Numbered from the stretch's first letter, positions 18,718 through 29,653 are shown. The stretch: 64,000 bases of DNA from Acidobacteriota bacterium (GCA_965217775.1 CBDCJH010000002.1:3904001-3968000), one strand, 5' to 3'. Numbers and translations are program-made. The notes: a model not told the origin generated them from the letters alone.

Positions 18718-21700
18718 TCAGACACCTCGTCTTGTAGAGTCTAGGAATTGATATACGGCATCCCGAACATTGCCGTTCTGGTCGCCCTTCATGAGTTCCG
18801 CCGCCGCCGCAGATTCGCTGGGGTCGATTCCGGGATGAGCTAATACGCGACGAACCACAAAGGCTCGGAAGGCAGCATCAGAATCGTTGCGCAGAGCCCC
18901 CAGTCTTGCCAAGTCAGCAGCCGTATACGGGACTTTCGAATCAAGGAGTCTGTCGCAGCGGCGCACCTGGAACCGTTTTGCACAGATCATGTCGACAAGC
19001 TTCTTTCTTTGGTCAGGTGATTCAACGGCGTACGCAGTCAGACAGTCAACGGCGGCATCGGAGACATCGCTCCTTGTATCCGCGGATAGCTGCGCGAGTT
19101 GGTCAAGACCGAGTTTGTCGACTTCGCACAACGTGCGGAGAAGGGCTTCCCTCGGGCTATCGGGCACAAGCCCACCTTCGACCGGGTACGGGTCTTCGTG
19201 TTCAAGCCAGTGGTCCATCGCTCGCACGAGCAGAGGCACAAGCCACCCATCCGACGCCTTCGCGACGCCCTGGCACCATCGTGCCGCCGCCACGGCTGTT
19301 TTGGCACCCGAAACCAACAAACCGTTCTCCAAGACGCGGAGATAGGCGGGGACCAACTCCAATTCGTCTTTGAGTAGCAGGTCGAACAGATAGTGCAGGC
19401 CTTCAACCGGCTGCATTTCGAGCCTGCGCAAGATCAGGTCCCGACCTCCATGATCGGGTAGGGCCATTGCTAACGCGGCACCCCAATGCAGAGCGGCCCC
19501 CTTACCCGATATAAGGATCCGCTCGCACACGGGGGCACGTTGGAATTCGCCCAATCGAGCGTGCAACAGTAGTGTAGCGAGACGACTCACCCAGCCCGAC
19601 GGATGATGGAGCAAGGTTTCGAGGAAGCCATCGTCGATGCGGAGGTCAGTGGCAAGTTTCCAATGGGTCTCGGGCGCATCCACGTCCGGAAATATATCGA
19701 GGACGGAAGAGGGATTACCTTCGGCTACCAGGACCTCAATGGCGTCAACCGCACGTTGCGCTTCTGCGGCCAGCCTTTCGGTCGGAAGACCGAACACCGA
19801 CGCAGCGGCACGGAAGAGCGCGTGCACCTCCGACAGCTGCGCCCCACCGGACGGTAGGGCGTTGATGTCACTGAGTGGTGCGTCCAGCATGCCCGACATG
19901 CGGAGGAACGCCGAAAGGAACTTCAGGCCCGTTTCGGGCGGGTGCTCGGAGGGCTCTCTGAGGAATGCGGCCGATACGACATCGCTCATGACAGATGCGG
20001 TCCGTCGCGTATCCCTGGAAAGAGCCGCGAAGTCGATTGAAGTGAACAGGCGGTTCCATCGCGAATGATGGCGTAGTGCATCTTTGCGGCCCAGTTCGCA
20101 AAGTACAGCGTCGAAGCGCGAAACGAAGTCAAGAGTAAAGTTCCGCTTATCGCTTACTACGGCGATGAGTCGGTCTTGATAGTGGGCGCCCTTGCCCGTG
20201 AGCAGAAGTCTCAACGCACCGATCAGGAACTCCTCATAAACCCCTCGGTCGGGGAATCGTCCGAAGACGAAGTCCTCTAGGACAAAGAATTCGTCATCGC
20301 GACTACGCATCACGAAATGGTGGAACGCGTCCTCCAGTGCGCCTAGGTCTAGACTCCCCGGGAAGCCGTTGCAAAGTATCGCCCAACCTACGAGATGCGA
20401 CCACTCAGCCGGAGCCGTCAGGAGCCGGGACGCCATCTCCTCAGCCTCGGGTAGACGGCTCAGATCGTTGCGCGTCAGGCAGAGTCCAACGCGGTACGTT
20501 TTCTGACGATCTGCCGATCGAACGAGAGCGAATAGGCGTTCGAGAAACAACCTGCGTTGCGTTGACGAGAGTGTGGTCTCGGGTCGCGCAAGGATTCGCA
20601 GGAGGCGGTTCAATATATCCAGGTTGGGCTCGACTGCCTCGAATTCAGCCATAAGCATCTCCGCCAAAGTCGTGGCCAATGGCGTCTGGGTGGCGAAGTC
20701 GAGGATTTCATCCGAACCGGGATTCGCGAGCTCGCGCCGTATCAGCCTACGTGCTTGGTCCGGGTCCATGGCGACAAGATGGCGTGCTGCCGCGAACTCC
20801 CCGCAGGTCTTGTGGACGAACGCGATCAGCTCTATGCCTGCATGGCGCAAGCGTTCGACTAGCCCAGCTGCTTCCCAGTATTTGATCGATTGCTGAACGT
20901 CGGAAAGGGCTTGTAGGTACGTTGTGCCCATTGCGGCTTGCAGTCTCTTGGCGCAGCGGTCCTCAACGTCATCCGAATCTAGAAGTGGTGAAGCAAAAAC
21001 CTGCCAGCCGAGTTCGTTCAAGACGCTGTGGCGGATTGCTTTGATAGGACCTTCAGAGGTTTCCATTCTGGGGGAGGGCAGATCGTCGATCAGCGTGAAG
21101 ATGCGGTCGTAGAGTTCCGACTTGCTCCGGCAGGGATGCTGCCACTTGAGGAACAGAGATGCTCCGAACGCCAACAACAGCGGCGTGCGTGCCAAGATCC
21201 GTGCTGAGTCGCCTTTTCTCAAATAGGTCCGTATGCGGTCCCGCAATTGATTCTCGCTAGCGCCATCGCTCCCAAGGGCAGCCCGGCAGAGAATCTCCAG
21301 GTGCTTTGGTACGTCCTCCGCGCCAAGAGGTGTGAGCTCGTAGTGGCGCCAATTGCGGAGTTCGCTCGTGCTGTAGCCGATCGGTCGCGTCGTGACGACT
21401 ACCCGGTAGGATGGATGGGACTCGGCAATGTTTCGCAGCCCCGACGCGATGATTGACTGACGGTTGCCGCATTCGTCGAGCCCGTCGCAAAGAATGACCA
21501 GCTCCGAGAGCGACGCGGCGCGCAGTTGCTCCGGCGAGATTCCGCTGCCGTCGAGACCAAGTCCGAAGATGCCTTCCTCGACGGTACACCCATCCCGCTC
21601 CATTCGCCTCGCCAAGTCCCGCAAACGGACGCGAAGACTGACGAACGAATCCTTCGCAAACTCGCGCGCTAGGACTTCAAGCAACAGCGACTTTCCGCTG

Positions 21701-22689
21701 CCGGGCCCACCGATGACTACACAGAGCGTTCGGAATGTGCCTATCGTCCTTGCGTCGATCTCACCGTCGAGTTGCCGTTTCGACTCCTCGCCGATCGCGT
21801 GGTACGCCGCCAGTGCTTCCTCAACCGAGGATTTATTCTCGACATACCTGTCGCGGACAAGTGCCTTGAGAGGTAGCCATGCTTGGTCGGTTGGCAACAG
21901 GGTTGGCATCCCTAGAATCTCGAAGTACTCGGTTCGAGACAGTGTCCATTCGAGGGTCGAGGCGCCGATCACCGCAGGCGAGTCATTTGATGGTCTCGAC
22001 AGGTCGATCTGGGATTTTCGCAAGACCGAGACGAGATTGACGAATATCCTGCGCCCCCTTGTAGTTATCCCGGACACAGCGTCCCGGTAGAGAGCGTTCC
22101 AAGCCGGCCTGACTTGATGGGCGTGAACACAGACATGCCCGAGTTCCGAACGTGCCGCCACGACCGCGGCATCGTCGTCGATCAGGGCAGGAACGGTCTT
22201 AATGCGAATGCGCGAGCAAACCTTGATGACATCGTATCCCTTCTCCACGAGGAAGTGTGCCAGCTTGGTCTGCTCCTCCGACGGGTGATCGCCGCGCTGA
22301 TCGCCGAGCCGACGAAATGCGAGCGCGTAGTGTTTTCTAACCGGTAGGCTGGACTGCGGGCAAACGGCCAAGATGCCGTAGTCGCAGCACTCTGAGTCGA
22401 TGCCCTCGCAGAGGGAGTCGAGTGCCAACCAGAATCGCTTGGACGCAGTGAGTCCCTTTTTCGCTTGTACTTCGATGGTGGCGCCGTCGGCAAGCGTCAA
22501 CGAGATGTCATCGCCCGGACCGCCGGTCTCGAAGGACACAGCAGTGGGAGGTGAAGCCGTCCAACCATCAATCCAGGGGATGGCTGTTCCACGCAGCGCG
22601 TGTACGTAAACAATTGCGCCAAGCGCGGCTTGGAAGTCGAATCCGCCAGCTGCTGCGGCGCCGCCGGATGTGTTTAATACTTCGGTCAT
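18718..22689 (-). CDS. NACHT/STAND NTPase with N-terminal PD-(D/E)XK-like nuclease and helical C-terminal region (candidate antiviral)
   Basis: N-terminal GGAAAAGGFDFQ...ET..PGDD...EVQAK; Walker A GGPGSGKS; Walker B LCDGLDEC; VTTRP, TPLLL, FVHKT. Likely start is MTEVL at 22689. Confidence 0.8.
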   Translation of the reverse strand: MTEVLNTSGGAAAAGGFDFQAALGAIVYVHALRGTAIPWIDGWTASPPTAVSFETGGPGDDISLTLADGATIEVQAKKGLTASKRFWLALDSLCEGIDSECCDYGILAVCPQSSLPVRKHYALAFRRLGDQRGDHPSEEQTKLAHFLVEKGYDVIKVCSRIRIKTVPALIDDDAAVVAARSELGHVCVHAHQVRPAWNALYRDAVSGITTRGRRIFVNLVSVLRKSQIDLSRPSNDSPAVIGASTLEWTLSRTEYFEILGMPTLLPTDQAWLPLKALVRDRYVENKSSVEEALAAYHAIGEESKRQLDGEIDARTIGTFRTLCVVIGGPGSGKSLLLEVLAREFAKDSFVSLRVRLRDLARRMERDGCTVEEGIFGLGLDGSGISPEQLRAASLSELVILCDGLDECGNRQSIIASGLRNIAESHPSYRVVVTTRPIGYSTSELRNWRHYELTPLGAEDVPKHLEILCRAALGSDGASENQLRDRIRTYLRKGDSARILARTPLLLAFGASLFLKWQHPCRSKSELYDRIFTLIDDLPSPRMETSEGPIKAIRHSVLNELGWQVFASPLLDSDDVEDRCAKRLQAAMGTTYLQALSDVQQSIKYWEAAGLVERLRHAGIELIAFVHKTCGEFAAARHLVAMDPDQARRLIRRELANPGSDEILDFATQTPLATTLAEMLMAEFEAVEPNLDILNRLLRILARPETTLSSTQRRLFLERLFALVRSADRQKTYRVGLCLTRNDLSRLPEAEEMASRLLTAPAEWSHLVGWAILCNGFPGSLDLGALEDAFHHFVMRSRDDEFFVLEDFVFGRFPDRGVYEEFLIGALRLLLTGKGAHYQDRLIAVVSDKRNFTLDFVSRFDAVLCELGRKDALRHHSRWNRLFTSIDFAALSRDTRRTASVMSDVVSAAFLREPSEHPPETGLKFLSAFLRMSGMLDAPLSDINALPSGGAQLSEVHALFRAAASVFGLPTERLAAEAQRAVDAIEVLVAEGNPSSVLDIFPDVDAPETHWKLATDLRIDDGFLETLLHHPSGWVSRLATLLLHARLGEFQRAPVCERILISGKGAALHWGAALAMALPDHGGRDLILRRLEMQPVEGLHYLFDLLLKDELELVPAYLRVLENGLLVSGAKTAVAAARWCQGVAKASDGWLVPLLVRAMDHWLEHEDPYPVEGGLVPDSPREALLRTLCEVDKLGLDQLAQLSADTRSDVSDAAVDCLTAYAVESPDQRKKLVDMICAKRFQVRRCDRLLDSKVPYTAADLARLGALRNDSDAAFRAFVVRRVLAHPGIDPSESAAAAELMKGDQNGNVRDAVYQFLDSTRRGV

Positions 22690-23000
22690 AGGTTGTGTAA
22701 CCGGTTCAATCCTTGTCCATAAGTGAAAGAAATGCCTCGGCGACATTTCGGAGGGCCGCCCGCGCCGCGTGCCACAGGATCGGCGCTCGACGGCCTTCCT
22801 GAAAGGACTGATGGAATGGGAGCGACCCCATGAGGGAGCGTGGCACGGGCGTGCACATGCACCTCATTGTCTCATGTGGAATTGCCGATCAGCATCGACC
22901 TTCGCCCATCTGCTTTCACGATCACTCTCCGACGACCGGCTCGATGACGATTGCCTCGAATGCGCAGATCTTATTCGGTTCGGTCGGGAGCCACGGCACG

Positions 23001-23391
23001 TCAGGATGCTCGACCATGTGGGCGACAAGGGTCTAGGACTAAATGCGCCAGCGCCGCCTCGACGACCTCGCGCGGATGGTCCGTCTCCTCGGCCGCCCAG
23101 TCCCGGAAGCTCGTCCAGAACCCATCGGGCACGACCTCAATCTCGAGCTTCCGGAGTAGCCGGCGCAGTTGCTTGTCGAAGATCGGCTTCCCGTGGCCAA
23201 CGGTGAACACCAGTGGGCTGCCGAGCCTGATCGTCCGCGCCTCCTCGAGGATCTCCAGCGCGCGGCCACCCAGCGGCACCCGGTGCTCCCGCCCCATCTT
23301 CATCCGAGTCGCGGGAACCGTCTACACCCCCTCCGCCCGATCAATCCCGTCCTACTCGGCCAACCGCACCACGCTCCACCTCGCCGCCGTC
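23001..23391 (-). pseudogene. C-terminal remnant of a P4-type tyrosine integrase
   Basis: TAAR...LAE*DGID...V*TVPATRMKMGREHRVPL...VPDGFWTSFRDWAAE...EAALAH. Two TAG stops sit at expected Trp positions and the HxxR motif is degenerate (D..W). Confidence 0.8.
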
Positions 23392-23644
23392 ACTCGGATG
23401 CTTCATAGGCAGAGACCAGATAGTCGTCGTGGCGGCGGCCGACATCGCTACGCCTGGAGCGAAACCGTCCGGCTGCGGAGATTGCACGCTGCGCCCGAGT
23501 CGTGTGGGCCCCCTGCCCCTTCTGAGCCAGGACATTGTCCACGCCGTTGCGTGCCAACTCGGAAATCGACAGCCCGCGTTCCGCGGCAAGCGTTCGCAAT
23601 CGGCGAAGCTGCCATTCCTGCAACTGAACTTGAATCCGAATCAT
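23390..23644 (-). CDS. Ribbon-helix-helix (CopG-like) antitoxin, toxin partner absent
   Basis: MIRIQVQL...LAAERGLSISELAR..VD...GRFRS..SDV...HDDYL. Confidence 0.7.
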   Translation of the reverse strand: MIRIQVQLQEWQLRRLRTLAAERGLSISELARNGVDNVLAQKGQGAHTTRAQRAISAAGRFRSRRSDVGRRHDDYLVSAYEASE

Positions 23645-23771
23645 AGCCGGCATGGTGGCATATCATCGCTTTATTGACACATGCGGTTACCGTTTTCCGC
23701 ATCAGATTCGGAAATGGCGACTGCATCGAAATCGGCGTTGAAGTAGCCCCGGATGAAAACGTTTCGGCCTC

Positions 23772-23807
23772 TTGACAGTTGTACGGTCGAATTTACATCT
23801 TATACAT
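23772..23807 (+). promoter_or_regulatory. Probable sigma70 promoter for a leaderless vapBC transcript
   Basis: TTGACA-18 nt-CATCTT-6 nt-ATG with no RBS; similar layout upstream of the paralog at 34337. Confidence 0.4.
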
Positions 23808-24056
23808 ATGAAACGTACGACTCTTGTGCTTGATGAGCAGATATTGGAAGAAACCCTACGGCACAGTGGCGAGCGCACCTACTCGAAAGCAGTGACACGA
23901 GCGATGGAGGAGTTCGTTCGAAGGGCGAAAGCAGGTCGTATCTTGCAACTGGCCGGTCTGGGGTTGTGGGAGGGGGACTTGGCGCAGATGCGCAATGATC
24001 AACGGCGCCGTCGCCAATCTGGGCCTGAGCATGGGACTGGCCGTGTACCTTGTTGA
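23808..24056 (+). CDS. vapB: VapB-family antitoxin
   Basis: MKRTTLVLDE.LLEE...T.SKAV..AMEEFVR...L.G.GLWEGDL..MR; overlaps the PIN gene. Confidence 0.8.
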   Translation: MKRTTLVLDEQILEETLRHSGERTYSKAVTRAMEEFVRRAKAGRILQLAGLGLWEGDLAQMRNDQRRRRQSGPEHGTGRVPC

Positions 24057-24441
24057 CACCTCGGTCTGGATCGAAGTATTTGCGCGCCCGGCTCGAATTC
24101 ACGTCGAATCGGCCGCCCATCTGGAGGAAATCGTCACCTGCCTCCCGATCATGCAAGAGGTTCTCCAAGGCTTGCGCGACGAGAGCGCATTCCGGATTGC
24201 ACGAGACGCGATGCACGCATTGCCGATCGTCGAGGCACCGTTGGAGACGGCGGTGTTCGACGAAGCGGTCGACCTGTACCGCCTGGCGCGCCGGATTGGT
24301 ATCACGGTGCGTTCAAGTGTCGACTGCCTGATCGCAATCTGCGCGATCAGGAACGACCTGACGCTGCTACACCACGACCGCGACTTCGACCGGATCGCAC
24401 GAATCTCACCGTTGCGTTCACACCACCTGGGAAGACATTGA
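24031..24441 (+). CDS. vapC: VapC PIN-domain toxin
   Basis: LVDTSVWI, QEVLQG, SSVDCLIA, LLHHDRDF. Confidence 0.88.
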   Translation: MGLAVYLVDTSVWIEVFARPARIHVESAAHLEEIVTCLPIMQEVLQGLRDESAFRIARDAMHALPIVEAPLETAVFDEAVDLYRLARRIGITVRSSVDCLIAICAIRNDLTLLHHDRDFDRIARISPLRSHHLGRH

Positions 24442-24563
24442 GAACGACGAGCCCCGGCACCCCAGACTCGCTGTTCACAACTCTCATCATGTCTCCGTCG
24501 TCGGGATACCACCAGGGAGAGTAGAAAATCTCCCGGAGTTGTGGACCTGTTTTTTGTACCCCA

Positions 24564-24618
24564 GGGTGGGTCATTCTTGGGTGATCACGCCGGGTCACTT
24601 TTCCACCGACGTTATCCA
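24564..24618 (-). mobile_element. Isolated IS21-family-like terminal repeat
   Basis: Minus strand reads TGGATAACGTCGGTGGAAAAGTGACCC...AAGAATGACCCACCC: TG terminus with reiterated TGACCC sub-terminal motif; no istA/istB nearby. Confidence 0.5.
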
Positions 24619-24646
24619 TAGACCGAATGGCTCAGCCAGACTGAGC

Positions 24647-25051
24647 TCAAAGATGATCGAGAAAACCGGCCACCGTCTGGATTCTAATACCGAAGGTTTT
24701 TTCCGGCTGGTTCATGAATGCACCAAAGTCCTTCAAATCTCCGGTCAGCAGATGGGTGGCCCGGCATGCGACCGCCGCCTGAAAAATGGGCTGATCCTTC
24801 CTTGGTAGCCCAGGGGGAAATTCAAGTCCAACGGCATGAGGTGCAAGCCGGAGAACATCCGAGAACATACCCAGGTTCTCCACGAACTCCGGAAGTTTCC
24901 GTTTCAGATTTCGGCGCGCCTCTTCCACTGCATAAGCACTGGAGTAGATCTCCCAATGCCCCTGTCTGGAGAGCTCAATCACCAACGCGGCCTTACCCCG
25001 CGGATTGTGTGTCGCAGTAAACAAGACATTGGCGTCAAGAAACAGCCTCAT
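24647..25051 (-). CDS. PIN-domain toxin
   Basis: FLDANVLF, EEARRNL, KDQPI..AA, LLTGDLKDF. Confidence 0.85.
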   Translation of the reverse strand: MRLFLDANVLFTATHNPRGKAALVIELSRQGHWEIYSSAYAVEEARRNLKRKLPEFVENLGMFSDVLRLAPHAVGLEFPPGLPRKDQPIFQAAVACRATHLLTGDLKDFGAFMNQPEKTFGIRIQTVAGFLDHL

Positions 25052-25299
25052 TCCGATCCGCTGAACTTATCGAGGATGCGTGTTCGCTCCCGGTCTGACA
25101 GCACGTCTGCAGCGTTCCACTCGGCGATTTGTTCGTCGCTGTAGTATTGGATCTCAAGCACCACCCCGGGTTTGAGTACGATTTCATTGCCACGATCTTC
25201 CAGGATCAGGACATCCCCGTTCTTGATTCCAAAGCGCTTCCGCAACACGGCTGGCAGAGTGATCTGGCCACGACTGGACACGACTAACGTTTCCTGCAT
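25048..25299 (-). CDS. AbrB/MazE/SpoVT family antitoxin
   Basis: VSSRGQITLP..LRKRFGI..GD; 4-nt overlap with the PIN gene. Confidence 0.88.
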   Translation of the reverse strand: MQETLVVSSRGQITLPAVLRKRFGIKNGDVLILEDRGNEIVLKPGVVLEIQYYSDEQIAEWNAADVLSDRERTRILDKFSGSE

Positions 25300-25391
25300 G
25301 TCAACCTTCCATTTCCGAACCTGCAGACATTAAGTTTACGTATATTCAGAATATCGGATATTCCGCAGAGGAACAATTGGAAGGCCCCGCC

Positions 25392-25719
25392 TCAATGGTT
25401 TCCCTCACGGAGCCGGTTCACGGTGTAGGCGGCCAGCTTCGTCACCAGCGATTCGCCGTCTTGGGAACGAATTCTCCGCCCCGGGCGCAGTTCGTACACA
25501 CGATCCTTCAACAAGGGATCCGAAAGGCGGAGCGACACTCGGCGTGCATCTTCCGAGACGGACACCTTCTCGATCCGGACCGGCGTCACGTCCGTCTTGG
25601 GAGACCCGTATTCCCCGTGGTAGCGGTAGTAGTAGTGGATCAGGGAATAGTCGTCGGCGAGCGCCGCGGTGGCCGGATCCACGGGCTTGGTGAAGACGAG
25701 GTCGAACCCCGATTCGGTC
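25392..25719 (-). pseudogene. 3' exon fragment of a duplicate of the 34592-36118 gene
   Basis: Colinear with 34592-34919 (offset 9200); ends LREGNH*. Confidence 0.92.
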
Positions 25720-27636
25720 GTCACGGTAGGAACGGCAGTTTCCTGCCGCCCCCCGCACAGATCCGGACGTGCCCGTTAAGGCATCCGGCTCCTACCTTGG
25801 GTGTGGACGGCCAGCGGAACCGCTGCCCCGGCCACGGGTGACGGATCTTCACGGATGGCCAGAGCAATTCCGTCATCCGTCGCAACCGTCCCCAGCTGAA
25901 GCGGTCGCGTTGGGACCGGCGGCGCAAGGCTCGCAGCCACCGCCGTTGCAGCAGATAGCAGAAACCTCGCAGCCAGCGCGTACTCCCCGGAACCGCAAAA
26001 TAGTTCAGCCAGCCGTTCAGGACCCGGCTCAACCATTTCCCGACCTCCCAGTGATCCGCGTGCCGTTGTCTCCACAGCCTCTCCCCCAACCGTTGCAGGG
26101 TCCGGTTCATCCGTTTCGCGCTTGGCTTCCGCCCCAGCCGGAAGCGTCCCTTCCGGGTCTTCGCACAGTAGTGCGTGAACCCCAGAAAGTCGAACGTCTC
26201 CGGTTTCCGCTCCCCGCGTCGTCGCCGATCCGCTGCCGCAAATCGTCCGAACTCCACCAGTCGCGTCTTTTCCGGGTGCAGTTCCAGCCCGAACTCGGCG
26301 CACCGTTCCCCCAGGTCTCGGAGAAACCGTTTCGCGTCCGCCCGTCTCTGGAATCCGGCCACGAAGTCGTCCGCATATCGCACCAGGATCGCTTCGCCTT
26401 TCGGGACTCGTGGGCGCCACGTCCGATGGAACCATTGGTCCAGCACGTAGTGCAGGTACACGTTGGCCATGACCGGCGAGACGTTGGCGCCCTGAGGCGT
26501 CCCTCTCCCCGTGTCCGACCAGGTCCCTTCTTCCATCACGCCGGCGTTCAGCCACTTGCGCAGCAGCCGCAGCACCCGCCGGTCTCCGATCCGCCGTTCC
26601 ACGAACTGCATCAGGCAGTCCCGGTCGATCGCATCAAAGAACGTCCGAATGTCCGCGTCCACGATCCAGTTGACTTTCCGCCGTTCGATCCCGTAGGCCA
26701 GTGCATCCAGCGCGTCATGCGCCTTCCGTCCGGGCCGGAACCCGTAGCTGAGCCCGAGAAACTCCGCCTCGTAAATCGGCGTCAGGAGCTCGTCCACGAC
26801 TGCCTTCTGGAGGATCTTGTCCTCCAGCGCGGCCACGCCGAGCGGTCGTGTCCTTCCATCCGGCTTGGGGATGTTCACCCGCCGGACGGGAGGCGCTCGG
26901 TACGCGCCCCGGTGCACGCGGCGATGCAGGTCCAGCAGTCGCTCTTCCAGCTTCGCCCCGTACTCCTCCCACCGGACCCCGTCGATTCCCGGCGCAGCAT
27001 CCTTCCTCAGTCCGAGGTAGGCGCGGCGCAGGGCCTCCACAGTGATATGGTGCAGCAGCGCGGTCAGTCGCTCCTTGGGGTTTCTCGCGATCGCTCGCCG
27101 TATCCGGTCCACCGCTTGGGACACGCTCCCCCGACTCTGCGTCCGGCGCGTGCTTTGGCTCACCGAATTCCCCTTGGTTCCATCCCTTCGCTCCACCGGC
27201 TCCGCCGAGGGTCGCCCCTCTTTGTTCGCCCGCTTCATCGCTACTATGGATGAATCCGATTGCTTCGTTCCGTCCATCATGAGTTTCGGGTTACTCCTTT
27301 CTCATGCGACCCCGGGGCGACCCCCCGGCGTGAAATGAAGCCCTCCCAGGTCCCGGAACAAGATTTGCGTACGTGCCTGGGTTCTTTGACACCGCGGAGC
27401 CCGGCCGTCCCTCACCTGGGCGGTCCAGCCGGTGTTGCCTTCGACCGCGACTACAGTCTCGGCACTTCCGATCATGGAGCTTTCGATGCTCAATAGCCTG
27501 CCCATACGCACCGCTACCGACGCTTCGCCGACACCCTCACGGGTGCCAACGCACGGCTCGCGGAGAAACGTGGATGGTTAGTCCTTCGTTTCGGCGGACT
27601 TCCACCGCCTATCTTGTGCCAGTTAGCCTGGCGCAC
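25720..27636 (-). mobile_element. Complete group II intron (1917 nt)
   Basis: 5' GTGCG at 27636; domain V GAGCCGGATGCCTTAACGGGCACGTCCGGATCTG; 3' end CCTACCGTGAC at 25720. Removal restores ATG CGG CT|G ACC GAA (MRLTE), matching the intact paralog; no target duplication. Confidence 0.93.
25721..27280 (-). CDS. ltrA: Group II intron reverse transcriptase/maturase, no endonuclease domain
   Basis: APGIDG, IPKPDG.RPLG, SYGFRPG, DADI..FFD, GTPQG, RYADD, LHPEKT, FDFLGFTH, GWLNYF. Confidence 0.93.
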   Translation of the reverse strand: MMDGTKQSDSSIVAMKRANKEGRPSAEPVERRDGTKGNSVSQSTRRTQSRGSVSQAVDRIRRAIARNPKERLTALLHHITVEALRRAYLGLRKDAAPGIDGVRWEEYGAKLEERLLDLHRRVHRGAYRAPPVRRVNIPKPDGRTRPLGVAALEDKILQKAVVDELLTPIYEAEFLGLSYGFRPGRKAHDALDALAYGIERRKVNWIVDADIRTFFDAIDRDCLMQFVERRIGDRRVLRLLRKWLNAGVMEEGTWSDTGRGTPQGANVSPVMANVYLHYVLDQWFHRTWRPRVPKGEAILVRYADDFVAGFQRRADAKRFLRDLGERCAEFGLELHPEKTRLVEFGRFAAADRRRRGERKPETFDFLGFTHYCAKTRKGRFRLGRKPSAKRMNRTLQRLGERLWRQRHADHWEVGKWLSRVLNGWLNYFAVPGSTRWLRGFCYLLQRRWLRALRRRSQRDRFSWGRLRRMTELLWPSVKIRHPWPGQRFRWPSTPKVGAGCLNGHVRICAGGGRKLPFLP

Positions 27637-29653
27637 AGCCGCATCTCCTGGATGTCCAGGGGTGTCTTTCCCGTCCAGGCCACCCGCTGCAATCCCTCTC
27701 CGATTCCCCAGATCCGTGAGGTCTGTGCCACATAGAGATCTCCATTCGGGGAGAAGGCCAGCCGAAGGTTTCCCTTGCGAAGCCCGCGCCCCTCGATGAA
27801 TGGGAAGCAGGCTCCCTGATAGGTCCCCGCGACCTTTTCCAGGTAGACCCGGTGAATCCGGGGATAGGTCCAGTCGGCGATGAACATCTGGCCCGCGTAC
27901 GGCCCGAACCCGCCTCCGGTGCGGTCCTCTCCCGACCAGGATCTCAAAGCGAGTGTCCCTGTCGATGGGAATCCGAACACGGTCCTTCTCTACGGTTCCC
28001 CGGCTCGCAGTCATCCGAACCGGACCTACGACGATCGCGTCGAACCGGAGCGGAACCTGGACCCGCTCGATCCGAAACTCCCACCGAAATCCGTCCGCTG
28101 CTGCCGTGGGACGGATTCGTTCGTAGACTTCCGATCCGCCCACCGAGTAATGGAATTCCGGGACATCGTCCCGCAGGCGGTAACCATGAAAGCGGGTCTC
28201 CGGAACGCGTTCGGAATCGGCCAACCGGAATGGGAAACGGGTCGACCGGAAAAATCGCCTCCCAGGGATCTTGGGGGTGAGTGTGTAACCGTCGGCTCCG
28301 GTCTTCCTGTGCATGGTGGCCTCAAGATCCAGAAACTCCCCCCGCCAGGCGTACAGGAGACGGTGCGTGCCGGCATCGAAGCAGTAGGAGAGACCGCCGG
28401 GAAGACCCACTGCGATCGCCGCCGGAGTCGCCTCCGGCATGATGGTCCGAACCACGACGCTCGCATCGGAGGGAACCGGGCGGGTTTCGGCCGTCCAGGG
28501 ATCGGGCGGCGGATCCAGCCCGACGGGAAAAGGACCGGCCGCACCGACGCCGAGCGCCCCCCAGATCCTCTGAATGCTCTCTTCCCTCTCCTCCGGTGCG
28601 ATGTCCGTGAAGTGCTCCGGCATCGAGGTGCCGGACAGGACCCGCGCAGGATTCAACATGAATCGCCGGTACCACGGATAGCGGAGGCGATGAGCGGCTT
28701 CGGCCAACTGGGGCGCCCGCTCCCCCTGGGCCCGGTAGTCCGCCCAGTCATGACAGCCGATGCAGCCCAGGCTCTTCCCTTCCGTGTCCCGCCCCAGCAG
28801 CGTCAGTCCTCGATTCGTATCTTGCTGGGACGTCACCGACTCCACGACAGGCGCCGAAAGATCGAGACCCGATGCCTTGGCGAATCCGTGGATCAGCGGT
28901 TCTACCTGGCTTCGAGAAAACCGGGGCATGCGCAGAGCCAGCCAACTCCTGAGCCGGACATTTTCCAGAAGCGCCTGTTCCAGGAATTCGAGCCGCAACC
29001 TCTCGCCGGCCGCAGTCAGGACCGGCGCCCCGTCCGCCTGCCCGCCGCCGAAGTGGTCCATGACGTGACAGGCCGTGCAGCGGAGCCGGCGGACCCGGCG
29101 GTAGAAGTCGTAGACGGGTGCGGGGCTGGTGTCGGGGAATCGTTGTTGAAGGCGGATGAAGTCTCGAATCGCCGCCCGCTGTTCTCCGTCCATTCGATAC
29201 CGGGGAAGGGTGGGTCCAGGATTTTCCGCCAGACATCCCCCATCCAGAGAGAGGTCGGCTGCGGCGGGGGCCGGCGGATGGGAATCGGCGGCATGCTCGC
29301 GGTCCTCCAGCGCGTGACAGGAGAGACATCCCCGGGATCGGATCAACTCTTCTCCGCGGGCCGCATTGCCTCCCGTCACCGGCTTTCCTGGCGACTCCGG
29401 TCCGGAACTGGTCAGGTAGACGGCAATCTGTAGCGCCTCCGCGTCATCCAGGTGCAGCGAAGGCATACGGCTCCCAGGATGGTGGCGGGCGGGGTCCTCC
29501 AGGTAACGGGCCAAGCCGGCGACGGTCAGCTTCGACCCGACGCCGTCCAGGGAATAGCTTTCCGAGGTGTGGCATGCGGTGCAACCCAGAGAGGCGTAGA
29601 GGTCGCGGCCGCGGCCGGCGTCCACGGCCGGCCGGTCCGCTTCTCGAACCGGC
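27637..29653 (-). pseudogene. Truncated, internally deleted duplicate of the cytochrome c gene and beta-propeller gene
   Basis: 27637-27929 matches 34920-35212; 27930-29653 matches 36129-37852. About 916 bp (35213-36128) are missing and the 5' part of the cytochrome gene is absent. Confidence 0.92.

Noticed and set aside
25721-27280. Retron or defence-associated RT within the defence island
   Set aside because: It has maturase motifs, GTGCG/AC boundaries and domain V, and splits a host codon precisely.
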